Below are positions 29,481 through 39,199 of a stretch of DNA of 64,000 nucleotides, piece after piece; position 1 is the first letter of the stretch; each line of letters opens with the position of its first letter. The stretch lies in contig CAZUDQ010000006.1 in NCBI GenBank assembly GCA_964619365.1, positions 1 through 64,000 of the forward strand, read 5' to 3'. The stretch comes from an uncultured archaeon (GTDB lineage: Archaea > Altiarchaeota > Altiarchaeia > JAFGQM01). The notes under the pieces were generated by a model. It saw nothing but the letters and a program-made list of their open reading frames with translations, made no database searches and was not told the DNA's origin. The position numbers and the translations under genes were made by a program.

Positions 29481-30685
29481 TACTTTCGAGATTTTTTCTT
29501 TCTTGGTGCAGGGGCACGATTTTTACGAAGATTTTTTGCCCTTGGCATTCCTTTTTTCTTTGGAACGTCCTTAGGCTTTCGCATATTAAGATAGGATATT
29601 CCAAGAATTGCCACTATAACAATTACAAGGATTACTATAATCCATGGGGCGGACTGACTCTTTTGTTCAACAACAGGTATTTTTTCTACAATGAGCTGTT
29701 CGTCCTTCTTTAGTTCTTCAGGGAGTTTCTCGGGAGTTTCTTCTTCTTTTGTCCCGTCTGCTGAATCATTCACGACCTCAGTTGCGTTTTCTTTTGATGG
29801 TTCTACCTGCTCTTTATCGTCAGCTATTATTGGGATCTCCACGCCCTCTTTTGCCGCAACATAAATCGAGTGTAAAACATCAACTTCATAATTGATTATA
29901 TTGTTGAAATTGCGCCCTGCGCACTTAATCCACTCTGGGTTGGTGTAGTCATAGTTTACATCCATCCAGATTGCAGAACAGTTACCATTCTCGCCTTCAT
30001 AAGTCTCGCGTCCAAGCTTTGTTACAGCGTCATAGGGTGACATCTCGTCAAGTGAACCGTCAAATTCTATGAACTCCCCGTATGTATCCATAAATTTCTG
30101 TGGGGGATACGACTTTGCGGAGGGGGAAATTGTCTGTAGTGTAGTATAATCTGTGAATTTTGCGCCGTTTGCGGCGTTGCTTATGACTCTTGAAAAAAGT
30201 CCTGCGTCAGAAACATAGGAGAGTATTATACCTATCTCTTTTGACGCGTATCCGTTTGCCGCCTTGCTAAGCTGGTTTACTGCCCCGTCCCATTTCCTCT
30301 GTGCGATTTTGGCAAGGTTTGCATCAGTAAGTTCGCCTTGCGAATCAAACCTGATGTACTGTCCAACGCTGTCACAAATGCTCTCTTTTTTAAAACAGCT
30401 GTCAGGCAATTCCGTACCATAATAAAGAGATTTTTCTATTATCCACTCAGCCTCTTCTGGAGCGACTTCCTTTAGCATATCCCAAGCTTGGTCTGCCAAG
30501 AAATCATGAGTCGCATACATCGTGTCGCGCTTCCACTCATCAATACTATTAGCAAGGCGTGGGTCTTTTGAAGGAGTGCCGTAAAGCGGGTCGTAATAAG
30601 GAGAATATCCGTTGCCCCAAGCTAGCGCGCCAGGAATAATAAGACAGATTATTGCAAAAAGCATAATCGGGGTTTTTGCGTCCAT
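29480..30685 (-). CDS. Secreted, membrane-anchored Zn-dependent phospholipase C / S1-P1 nuclease-like protein (degenerate)
   Basis: Signal peptide then AW.., THD, G.ELPD; C-terminal TM helix and basic tail; later His ligands apparently missing (GIILSYVSD). Confidence 0.55.
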   Translation of the reverse strand: MDAKTPIMLFAIICLIIPGALAWGNGYSPYYDPLYGTPSKDPRLANSIDEWKRDTMYATHDFLADQAWDMLKEVAPEEAEWIIEKSLYYGTELPDSCFKKESICDSVGQYIRFDSQGELTDANLAKIAQRKWDGAVNQLSKAANGYASKEIGIILSYVSDAGLFSRVISNAANGAKFTDYTTLQTISPSAKSYPPQKFMDTYGEFIEFDGSLDEMSPYDAVTKLGRETYEGENGNCSAIWMDVNYDYTNPEWIKCAGRNFNNIINYEVDVLHSIYVAAKEGVEIPIIADDKEQVEPSKENATEVVNDSADGTKEEETPEKLPEELKKDEQLIVEKIPVVEQKSQSAPWIIVILVIVIVAILGISYLNMRKPKDVPKKKGMPRAKNLRKNRAPAPRKKKSRK

Positions 30686-30727
30686 TTTGAATCGGGCTAT
30701 TCTGCTAAGATTATAGGTTCAGGTTAT

Positions 30728-31954
30728 TTAAACCCCAGTTGTAGCCTTTGCTTCGGCAATCGTACGTTCCTTAAACGCCTGCACACCCTCTCCATCAAGT
30801 TTCTCAATGTCAAGGGCTGCCATAAGTCCTGGTATTAAGACTGTTTCTGTTTCTTTTGGAAGACTTGATTTTCCAATACTCTCAGAAATTATGTTTCGCT
30901 CCATTTCCTCGATACCTTCAGTTTTTACAGATACCTCAGAGTAAGATATCGCCCCAAGGGCGCTTATATTTCTCCTTATTGCGATAGCTCCGTTTTCTGC
31001 CGCAAACTCTGTTATGTGTCTAAAATTTATGTCGGAGGGTGCGCCTTCCTTAAGCGTTCCTTTGAGCCTGATTAAAAGAATGAATCCTTCAGAATCCAGT
31101 TCTGATATCTCCCCTTCTATCCTTGCCTGGAGTTCAGACGGACTAAGGCCCTCTGCATTAACAGTTATCGTTTCTATTTCACAAACCTTAAGTTCCTTAA
31201 ATTCAATATCGGCTTTGCCATTTTCTACCGATACAATATAGAACCCACCTTTCCCAAAACGCTCAAGTTCTGCAAAATTGGCTGGAAAAAGCGCTCCTGG
31301 GAACGCGACTGTCCCACCCTCGAAGTCATGCAAAGAGGGATGGTGTATGTGCCCTGTAGCATAATAATCGAATCCTTTGGGGAGAAGAGAAAGAGGCATG
31401 GCATCAACCTCTTTTAAGTATCCTGGCAAAAATTCCTTTATTCCAGCATGGAATGCGAGTATCTTAAAATCGCTTGGAGCATTTAGTCTTTCTGAAAGTT
31501 CTTTTTTGTCAAGGGCAATAAAAGTGTTCTCATCAAGAGCAGCCTTCCTTCCAGATATTCCGCATATGAGAGTTCCGTCAGGCGTCCTTATCGCATCTTT
31601 GCCAGCTTCTTTTGGGTCATCTTCACTCGCACGCCCGACATTGACTAGAAGTCCTGCGGACTCAAGAACACGAAGAAAAGTCTTTCCAGAAGGTGAGAAG
31701 TCGTGCGAACCTGCAACTGAGTAAACCGGAATCCCTTTTGCCTTTAATTTTGAGAGTTCTATTGTTATGAAATCAAGAACCTCAAAGGAAGGCATTGCCG
31801 TGTCAAAAAAGTCCCCTGCAATTATTATGAAATCTACCTTTTCATTTATGCACATGGCTGTTGCTTGTTTGAATGCTTCTTCAGAGAATGCTTCTATTTC
31901 CGGGTCGCGCCAGCCACCCAGATGCAAGTCTGCTAAATGTGCGAATCTTACCAC
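30728..31954 (-). CDS. mre11: Mre11/SbcD nuclease
   Basis: ADLHLG, AGDFFD, GSHD, YYATGHIH, FPG. Confidence 0.92.
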   Translation of the reverse strand: MVRFAHLADLHLGGWRDPEIEAFSEEAFKQATAMCINEKVDFIIIAGDFFDTAMPSFEVLDFITIELSKLKAKGIPVYSVAGSHDFSPSGKTFLRVLESAGLLVNVGRASEDDPKEAGKDAIRTPDGTLICGISGRKAALDENTFIALDKKELSERLNAPSDFKILAFHAGIKEFLPGYLKEVDAMPLSLLPKGFDYYATGHIHHPSLHDFEGGTVAFPGALFPANFAELERFGKGGFYIVSVENGKADIEFKELKVCEIETITVNAEGLSPSELQARIEGEISELDSEGFILLIRLKGTLKEGAPSDINFRHITEFAAENGAIAIRRNISALGAISYSEVSVKTEGIEEMERNIISESIGKSSLPKETETVLIPGLMAALDIEKLDGEGVQAFKERTIAEAKATTGV

Positions 31955-31955
31955 C

Positions 31956-32876
31956 TTAGAAATGTTCCTGTGAGAGCACCTGACCGTCTACAGCTGAGAA
32001 AAGAAGGTATTTCTGCTGGTTTGATTTAAGGTTTGTTATAAGCGCCTTGTACTTGGGATAGTATATCGTTTCAATCTTTAATGTCACAGTCTCTGAGACT
32101 TTTTTGTTGGCGTTTGGAACGCGCCGTATTAGGCTTTGGGTTACAAGTTCGTCTTCTGCAAGCTTTGGCGTATACGCATTTGCAATGACTTCGGTCCTTG
32201 GGCCTGCTTTTTGCGGGTCAAAAGACTCCAACTTCTTGCCTTTGACATATATTTCAAGAGCAGGTTTTGGCACGCCTTTTGCATCATAATACTTGCCGGC
32301 TTCGTTCTTTTTGACAATTGTCTGAAGGCCTGTTAGTTTTAGGCCTGAGCCTCCCGAACCAAATAACCCTCCGCCACCGGTGCTTGACTTTATGTCATAA
32401 GAATCTGAACCTATCTTGACCTTAACTGTATCCTGGTCAAGAGCCAGGTCAAACTCGCGGTTAAGCTCAAATTTCCCTTTGTACTCTGCTACTGCGCGGT
32501 TTATGGGCTCATAAACAAGAGTAATAGAATCGACTCGGACTTCTGAAGGACTGGGGCTGCTAAAAACACTTGAGAATGCTTTGCATTTAAGGGACTCTGA
32601 CTCGAGTTTGCGCTCGGCTCCTGTAAAGTCAAACTCCACTTGGACTGAAAGTACGTCTGGCTCTTTTCGCTTTATGTCCTTTGGGTCAATTACCTGGACT
32701 GGAGCGGGTGCTGGAGCAGGTGCTGGAGCAGGTGCTGGAGCGTGCGCAGGTTCTTTTGGTGTCTTTTGAACCTCTTTTTTTGTAGCTTCAGGGGCAGTCC
32801 CGTCGATTTTACTTCCACATTTAGAACAGAATTTATGGCCGTCTTTTATTTCGGCTCCGCAATTTGGACAAAACAT
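31956..32876 (-). CDS. Zinc-ribbon domain protein with PA-repeat linker
   Basis: FCPNCG...FCSKCG N-terminus; (PA)n low-complexity linker. Confidence 0.75.
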   Translation of the reverse strand: MFCPNCGAEIKDGHKFCSKCGSKIDGTAPEATKKEVQKTPKEPAHAPAPAPAPAPAPAPVQVIDPKDIKRKEPDVLSVQVEFDFTGAERKLESESLKCKAFSSVFSSPSPSEVRVDSITLVYEPINRAVAEYKGKFELNREFDLALDQDTVKVKIGSDSYDIKSSTGGGGLFGSGGSGLKLTGLQTIVKKNEAGKYYDAKGVPKPALEIYVKGKKLESFDPQKAGPRTEVIANAYTPKLAEDELVTQSLIRRVPNANKKVSETVTLKIETIYYPKYKALITNLKSNQQKYLLFSAVDGQVLSQEHF

Positions 32877-32933
32877 TTTAATCAAAGATTTAATTTTCTT
32901 TTATTTTGACTTACGAGAAAAAAAACCAACTAG

Positions 32934-33374
<441 letters not shown>

Positions 33375-33379
33375 AACAA

Positions 33380-34042
33380 ATGGATACTATCTTTATTCCT
33401 TGCAAAGCATCAATTGATGCAAAGGCTATCGCAAAGACTGTTTCAAAAAATATTTCTGAAAAAAGAATCGGTTTGATAAGTACTGCCCAGTTTTGTTCAA
33501 ATTTAAGAGAGCTTAAGGATCTTTTAGAACAAACTGGAACTTCTGTTACAATGGGGCAAGGCAGGCCGAACGTTGGACAAGTCCTTGGCTGTGACGCACT
33601 TGCAGCAAGAAACTGCGGGGATGTTGAGGCGTTTGTGTACATTGGAACTGGCGTCTTTCATCCCCAAAGGGCTGCTGTTGAGACTGGCAAGAAAGTTTAT
33701 TCTGTTTATCCCGACGGGAAAATGGGTGAGATTATTGATGAAGAATACGTCAAGCTCTTTAACAAGAAAAAAATGGCGCGCATCTTTAAGTTCCAGGAAG
33801 CCATGAATATTGGAATCCTGGTATCAACAAAACCTGGTCAAAACAAGATAAATGAGGCATTAAAGTTAAAGGAAACTCTTGAAAAGGAAGGCAAGAGCGC
33901 AGTTATAATCGCGGCCTCAGAACTAAGTCCGACAAACCTTCTGGGGTACAAAGTGGATTGTTTTGTCTCAACTGCTTGCCCAAGGCTCGTTGAAGATAAG
34001 TTTGGCGCGCCGTGTGTTGATATTTCTGAGATACTTAGCTAA
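33380..34042 (+). CDS. dph2: Diphthamide synthesis Dph2, C-terminal portion (split or truncated)
   Basis: STAQF, GQVLGCD, G.FH, STKPGQ, TACPR; 220 aa, lacking the N-terminal domain. Confidence 0.8.
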   Translation: MDTIFIPCKASIDAKAIAKTVSKNISEKRIGLISTAQFCSNLRELKDLLEQTGTSVTMGQGRPNVGQVLGCDALAARNCGDVEAFVYIGTGVFHPQRAAVETGKKVYSVYPDGKMGEIIDEEYVKLFNKKKMARIFKFQEAMNIGILVSTKPGQNKINEALKLKETLEKEGKSAVIIAASELSPTNLLGYKVDCFVSTACPRLVEDKFGAPCVDISEILS

Positions 34043-34070
34043 TTTATATAGTTTTGGGGATTAAGTAAGT

Positions 34071-35180
34071 ATGTCACCCCCTAATTCATCAAAACCTAAA
34101 GAAATAAAAAAGGCATACTTACTCGTGCATCCTTTCTACGGTTACTATGGGGGTGGGCAATTGGCCAGGGACAAAAAAACCCAGAAGTATACTGGATACT
34201 TACCAGTTGACCCGAATACTCGATTTTATAGAGAACGTTTAGAGCTTGAGTGGGCAAAACAAGGACCAGAAAGAACTCTTAGTCAGGAAGAAATAAATGC
34301 AAAAAAAAGCGAGCTAACTGCGGGTTTGGTAAGTTTTGATGGATTAAGTCCTGAAGCTAGAAAAGGTTTTGAAGAAAGATTTGGAGCAGGGAGCGCCAGG
34401 CCAATTTATGATGGAATGCTAAGACATCAACAAGGGGACGCCGACTTGAAATTTAAAAAATGGTTCTATGATAAATCCTACAAACATCCTAGTGCCAAAG
34501 ACATTGAAATTTATGCGCGAAAAGCTAAGAAACTCTATAAAGGTGCAATCAATGAGGCCTCAAAAAGGAAGGACTCTGTTTTTGTCACAGTGAGTACGCC
34601 CTCTGTAAAAATAACTGCATTGCCAATAAAACATAGCCAACAGCTAACAAAGAGAACGCATGAGTACGGGCTCCTGAAATATTCCAAAGATAAATTAGGA
34701 AAGCGCTCGATTGTACTGCAGGAACACTTTTCCCCGACAACGTTGTTTAAAGTCCTAAACGCGCGGGGATACAAACTCTCGCCGAATGTTGAAGTTGAAG
34801 GTTTTGGGGAAGTGGGGACGCCCTTAGAAGGATATGAACAGATAGGATGCGTCCCTGATGCTATGATAAGGTTAGGTGAGTCTCTTCCAGAAATGCGAAA
34901 GAGTGTTGAGACTGGAAGCATAAGGACTAAGAAAAAGGAACCTCCTCCTGAAGGTGGCTTTGACAGTAGAGACTTGTTTACGGCACCTAAGGCAGTGGAT
35001 CCTTATGGGGAGATGCCGAATTGGCTCAACTTTGCAGACAAAACACCAAAAAAGAACGGGAAAGATTTATTCTGGATAAATCTATCAAGAAACGGAATTC
35101 CTCTTAAGAATATCGAAAGGTTCTCCAGAAAAGTAAGACACAGAAAACCTGGTCGTACTAAAAGAGTCAGGAAGAAATAA
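34071..35180 (+). CDS. Basic orphan protein with LVHPFY...GFGE...GCV motifs
   Basis: 369-aa ORF, K/R-rich termini, upstream TTTATATA. Confidence 0.65.
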   Translation: MSPPNSSKPKEIKKAYLLVHPFYGYYGGGQLARDKKTQKYTGYLPVDPNTRFYRERLELEWAKQGPERTLSQEEINAKKSELTAGLVSFDGLSPEARKGFEERFGAGSARPIYDGMLRHQQGDADLKFKKWFYDKSYKHPSAKDIEIYARKAKKLYKGAINEASKRKDSVFVTVSTPSVKITALPIKHSQQLTKRTHEYGLLKYSKDKLGKRSIVLQEHFSPTTLFKVLNARGYKLSPNVEVEGFGEVGTPLEGYEQIGCVPDAMIRLGESLPEMRKSVETGSIRTKKKEPPPEGGFDSRDLFTAPKAVDPYGEMPNWLNFADKTPKKNGKDLFWINLSRNGIPLKNIERFSRKVRHRKPGRTKRVRKK

Positions 35181-35274
35181 GGGACCTGTGTACCAGGGAT
35201 GCTACCGCCAACTTCTAAAAAATTTGAATCAATAGAACTTTCTCTAGCTGTCATGATTAATTAAGGGTTAAAAG

Positions 35275-35527
35275 AGAAATAGAGGCCCAGGTGCCAGGCA
35301 TTCCCGACACCAGGTTGGGCAGATTTCTATGGGGGTGGTAAGTAAATCCCGATTGCTCGGGAGTTAGCATTATTTTCCATATCTACTTGTGATTGTGAGA
35401 CGCCTGATACGGGTTCAGGGCTTTTCTCTGTACCCGCTTTTTGGGTTGCCAAACAAGCGGGGATTGGCCTAATGTACTCCCGCACGTGTTTGCCCATTGA
35501 CAAATGTGCGGGGGCTTTAAAATGGCC
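35275..35527 (-). ncRNA. Candidate ~250-nt multi-hairpin structured RNA (unassigned)
   Basis: Five stem-loops at 35479-35512, 35433-35461, 35402-35421, 35347-35362 (GCAA tetraloop) and 35285-35320; G-U pairs close on the minus strand. Confidence 0.6.
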
Positions 35528-35564
35528 TATTTTGGGTTGTGGCTTGGGTTTTTAGCAAAACAGT

Positions 35565-36074
35565 TTACTTGGGTTCCTGGGTTGTTGGGGGCTTGGGAGC
35601 TTTGTAGTAAACAGTCCTGCCAGAGTGAATTTTTGATAATGCTCCAACTGAATAGAGCTTGTGGAGTCGTGATGATGCCGCGTTCTTTCCTTTGTATCCA
35701 AGTTTTTTCTGGACGTCTTCTGCCGTGACTTCAGCTCGAGTCATGACAAAATCTAATATCTCGTGATCCTTCTTTGAAAGACCGATCTCTGGGGTTGTTT
35801 GGCTTGGAATGTCTGTTTCAAGCGAGTTAAGTCGCTTGTCGATTTCGGTCAATCGTATATTGAGATCAACAAGAAGTGAGTTGAAATTCTCCATTGCGGC
35901 CTTAAGGCCAAGGAAGATTTGTGAGAAGAGGAATGGGTTTTCGGAGATTGCTTTGTATTTTTCTGTGACTTCATTCAACTCCGTCATCTGGTCTGCCAGG
36001 TTAAGAGTATATTTTTGAGGTGAGAATTGTGGGGGCATTTCCTCATCTCCAGTACTTGTCATAGTTCTCTCCAT
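35565..36074 (-). CDS. Coiled-coil plus winged-helix DNA-binding protein
   Basis: Heptad region LNIRLTEIDKRLNSLE; wHTH LSKKD.EIL...TAEDV...GYKGKNAASSRL.KL...G...GRTVYY. Confidence 0.8.
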   Translation of the reverse strand: MERTMTSTGDEEMPPQFSPQKYTLNLADQMTELNEVTEKYKAISENPFLFSQIFLGLKAAMENFNSLLVDLNIRLTEIDKRLNSLETDIPSQTTPEIGLSKKDHEILDFVMTRAEVTAEDVQKKLGYKGKNAASSRLHKLYSVGALSKIHSGRTVYYKAPKPPTTQEPK

Positions 36075-36079
36075 TTAAA

Positions 36080-36136
36080 TCGTGACTATATCACGACACA
36101 GTCTATATAAATGCGTGCTTTTTTCGTGACACTATA
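36080..36136. promoter_or_regulatory. Inverted-repeat operator candidate and TATA in a divergent promoter
   Basis: TCGTGA-CTATA-TCACGA (36080-96), minus-strand TTTATATAG (36103-11), extra half-site TCGTGAC (36124-30). Confidence 0.5.
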
Positions 36137-36234
36137 ATAATTATTATGTTATAAAACGCATGCTTTCAATCATAATAAAAAAGCTCCAAAAGCATTAGCC
36201 TTTTTATAGTTTGTGTCATTATATACCGGGGGAA

Positions 36235-37338
36235 ATGACAGAGAGTTTTGCTCTTAAAGGGGCAGCAAGATACTTGCGGGAAAATCATGACGGAAACGAG
36301 ATAGATGATGTCTTGCTTATCTGTCACAATCTTGCAGATTCGTTATCTAAAGAGAAGGGGTATCTCCATCCGCGCGCGCTTGCTGCGGCGTCATCACATA
36401 TATATTTAACTGGCCAAGGTGTCTCTGTGACTCTTGAGAAGGTCTCAGCCACCTTTAAAATATCTTCTGCAACACTTCGTGAGTATCTAAAAACATCCCC
36501 AGGTACAAGTGCTGAGGATGCATGCGAGAAGATGCTTGAAAAAAATCTTTATGGATACAGTCTTCGTGAAGCACTTAAAGCGCGTGACTTGCTTCTCCCT
36601 TCAATAAAACAAAAAAAGAACACTGTAAACTCTGCAGCCCTTGCCGCAGCTTCAGTTTATGTGTCCCTCTACAAAGGAGGGCAGGAAGTCTCTTTAAGTG
36701 ATATAGCGCGTGATTACTCAATTTCCGCATCCACTCTTCGTGATTATGTCTCATGTTATGAAAAAGGTGTGGATCCAAAAGAACGCGCAATGAAGCTTCT
36801 TTTGAGCCATGCTCCTAATATCGATGAAAGGCAGGCTCTTCGTATCTTAGAATCCGCAGCAGAAAATACAGGTATCAATACAGCCCGAATTCTGGCTGCA
36901 ATAACTTTTTATCTTTATACTGTCGACAAGCAGGAATATGCGACAGTCGAACGTGTCGCACGTGATTTTAATGTCTCAATTCCTGCACTCAGATCATATC
37001 TGGAGCCGTATATGCCTTCGATTGCAGGAACTTACCTGCTCTTTAAGAAGGGGGGCGGCAGTGCAAGAGTATCACTTTCCCAGCTAAATGATTCTGAAAC
37101 GGCTCTTCTTAAAAGTGCTTATGGGAAGTTCGGGACAAATATTTTTGAAACGTCTGAGTTATTTCTTCTTGGTAATGCGCCAAGGGGGCGTTGGCAATTG
37201 CTTTTAAGAAAACTCGGAAAACTTGGGTTAATCGATATTTACAAAAGACCTCTTGACCCGCGACAATATTGCTCAATTAGCCAAAGTGTTGTTGATGTGC
37301 TTTCGACTGCAGAAAGACTTGAGAAATGGGTAGGCTAA
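36235..37338 (+). CDS. TFB/TFIIB-like protein with three cyclin-fold repeats and a C-terminal wHTH-like domain
   Basis: Three copies of (L)AA(A)...Y.....(T/S)...(V/I)(A/S)..(F/Y).(I/V)S..(T/A)LR.Y; no Zn-ribbon. Confidence 0.65.
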   Translation: MTESFALKGAARYLRENHDGNEIDDVLLICHNLADSLSKEKGYLHPRALAAASSHIYLTGQGVSVTLEKVSATFKISSATLREYLKTSPGTSAEDACEKMLEKNLYGYSLREALKARDLLLPSIKQKKNTVNSAALAAASVYVSLYKGGQEVSLSDIARDYSISASTLRDYVSCYEKGVDPKERAMKLLLSHAPNIDERQALRILESAAENTGINTARILAAITFYLYTVDKQEYATVERVARDFNVSIPALRSYLEPYMPSIAGTYLLFKKGGGSARVSLSQLNDSETALLKSAYGKFGTNIFETSELFLLGNAPRGRWQLLLRKLGKLGLIDIYKRPLDPRQYCSISQSVVDVLSTAERLEKWVG

Positions 37339-37361
37339 AAATAAAATTCCTAAAGCGTATT

Positions 37362-38555
37362 CTAGTCTATTTCACAGTACCCGATAAGACGCCATTTCAT
37401 CTCAATCCTCTTTGAGATAGCTATCCTGTCGCCTTTCTGTGCAACAATTGGGATTTTAAGGGCCATTGTTGCAGAGTCTGCCTTTATTTTTTGGACAACA
37501 CCTACTGTGACCGCAGTACCAATTGAAAGCATCAGGGGCTCTCCTGGAAGAATCTCAAAGCCTACGTCAATAAGCTCCCTTTCTATCATATGGATTGTAC
37601 AATCTATAGTTTTTAGGGGTTCGGGTAAAGTTCCTTTTAGACCTAGTACGTTTCCTGATAAAGAATCTGATTTTGTAAGATATGGGTCAAGCTCTGTTTT
37701 AAGTGCGATTAGGCCTCCGGGAACTGCTGACTGTGCAATCTCCTCACCATAATTAATTTCTGTTATTTTTGTGGTGACGGGTTCCCAGACATCCTGATTA
37801 TGTTTCTGTGTCTTAATTCCAGGCTTTATTTCAATCTCGTCGCCGACCTTAAGCTTCCCTGAAACAAGACTGCCTCCAAGAACGCCTCCATTTATGTCTT
37901 CAATTGGAGTTCCCGGTTTATTTATGTCAAAAGAACGGGCAATAAACATCTTAACGTCCTCCTGACCCCTGTTTTTCGGCGTTGGGATGAATTCTTCTAT
38001 TGCCGCGAGAAGAACATCAAGATTTGCCGCTTCGTTTGCAGCTAAGGGTATTATTGGAGCCTCAATCCCTACTTTTTTGAGGAATGCTTTTATCTGCTCG
38101 TAGTTATTCTTTGCGTCCTCAGGGGTTACGACATCAATTTTATTCTGAACGACAATAATATTTTTTAGACCCATTAGCTTTAGAGCCAATAAATGCTCTT
38201 TTGTCTGTGGTTGAGGGCACTCCTCATCTGCAGCAATAACAAGTATTACGCCGTCCATTAAGGCTGAACCAGAAAGCATTGTTGCAATAAGTGTCTCGTG
38301 ACCTGGCGCATCAACAAAAGATACTTTGCGCAGTAATTTTCCGCCAGACTTATCATCAGCGCTAAATGATTCAAAACCGTCTTTTCCAGTAATGGAATAT
38401 AAAGAGCAGTCAGCGTAACCCAGCCTTATTGATATTCCACGCCTAATCTCTTCGCTGTGGCGGTCTGTCCAAACACCTGAAAGTGCCTTTGTAAGTGTAG
38501 TCTTCCCGTGATCAACGTGCCCTACAAGACCTATATTGGCTTCTGCTTGTGTCAT
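37362..38555 (-). CDS. eif2g: Translation initiation factor aIF2 gamma
   Basis: [42 protein letters not shown]. Confidence 0.95.
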   Translation of the reverse strand: MTQAEANIGLVGHVDHGKTTLTKALSGVWTDRHSEEIRRGISIRLGYADCSLYSITGKDGFESFSADDKSGGKLLRKVSFVDAPGHETLIATMLSGSALMDGVILVIAADEECPQPQTKEHLLALKLMGLKNIIVVQNKIDVVTPEDAKNNYEQIKAFLKKVGIEAPIIPLAANEAANLDVLLAAIEEFIPTPKNRGQEDVKMFIARSFDINKPGTPIEDINGGVLGGSLVSGKLKVGDEIEIKPGIKTQKHNQDVWEPVTTKITEINYGEEIAQSAVPGGLIALKTELDPYLTKSDSLSGNVLGLKGTLPEPLKTIDCTIHMIERELIDVGFEILPGEPLMLSIGTAVTVGVVQKIKADSATMALKIPIVAQKGDRIAISKRIEMKWRLIGYCEID

Positions 38556-38580
38556 AAAAATAATTGAAGGATTATACCCT

Positions 38581-39015
38581 TTATTGGGTGGTTTCTCCTT
38601 CTGCCGGTGCTTCTGTAGCCTCACCCTCTGGGGGCTTTTCCAGACCAAGAAGCTTTGGGATTGAATCTTTTCCAGATTTTAGAACTACTGTGTTTATCTG
38701 CGATATGCTTTCGTCTATTACGTCGCCAACAACAGTCTTTCTCATCCTTATGCCGTGTCCGTCTGGGTTATATCCTTGGGTTCTTGTTGAAAGAAGAGCT
38801 TTTCCGCGCCCGGCTTTATGCATATCTTTTCTCATGGGGAATCCCTGTTTATCGGATCCACCACTTATCTTCACCTCATATCCTTTGAGGCCAAGTGGGG
38901 TAACATTTACCGTGTCCCCGATGTGCTTACCGAGGAAAACAGCAGCCCCCTCGTCTTTTGCTTCGAGGTTGTAGGACTTTCCGTCCTTTGTTCCAACAAC
39001 TATTTTCGCTTCCAT
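38581..39015 (-). CDS. rps6e: 30S ribosomal protein S6e
   Basis: [22 protein letters not shown]. Confidence 0.95.
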   Translation of the reverse strand: MEAKIVVGTKDGKSYNLEAKDEGAAVFLGKHIGDTVNVTPLGLKGYEVKISGGSDKQGFPMRKDMHKAGRGKALLSTRTQGYNPDGHGIRMRKTVVGDVIDESISQINTVVLKSGKDSIPKLLGLEKPPEGEATEAPAEGETTQ

Positions 39016-39199
39016 TTTATATTTCTGATTAGTGGCTTTCTGTTCTTGAGGAGAAAGCGGTTTATTTGAAGCTAAGGGTATTAAAGGATTAAAAATACTC
39101 AAAACACGTTTATTCTTATCCAAGAAGATGGAATACGCTTAATGAGCTAATCAAAAGGGAATAAAAATAGGCAATTTAAAGGACAGAAAAGGATAAGAC

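Noticed and set aside
32690-32750. GGAGCAGGTGCT tandem repeats (and PT repeats near 52235-52290)
   Set aside because: They simply encode PA/PT linkers within proteins.
35275-35527. RNase P RNA or SRP RNA
   Set aside because: I could not find the GAGGAA..UCC / terminal P4 strands or the SRP helix-8 motif on either strand by eye.
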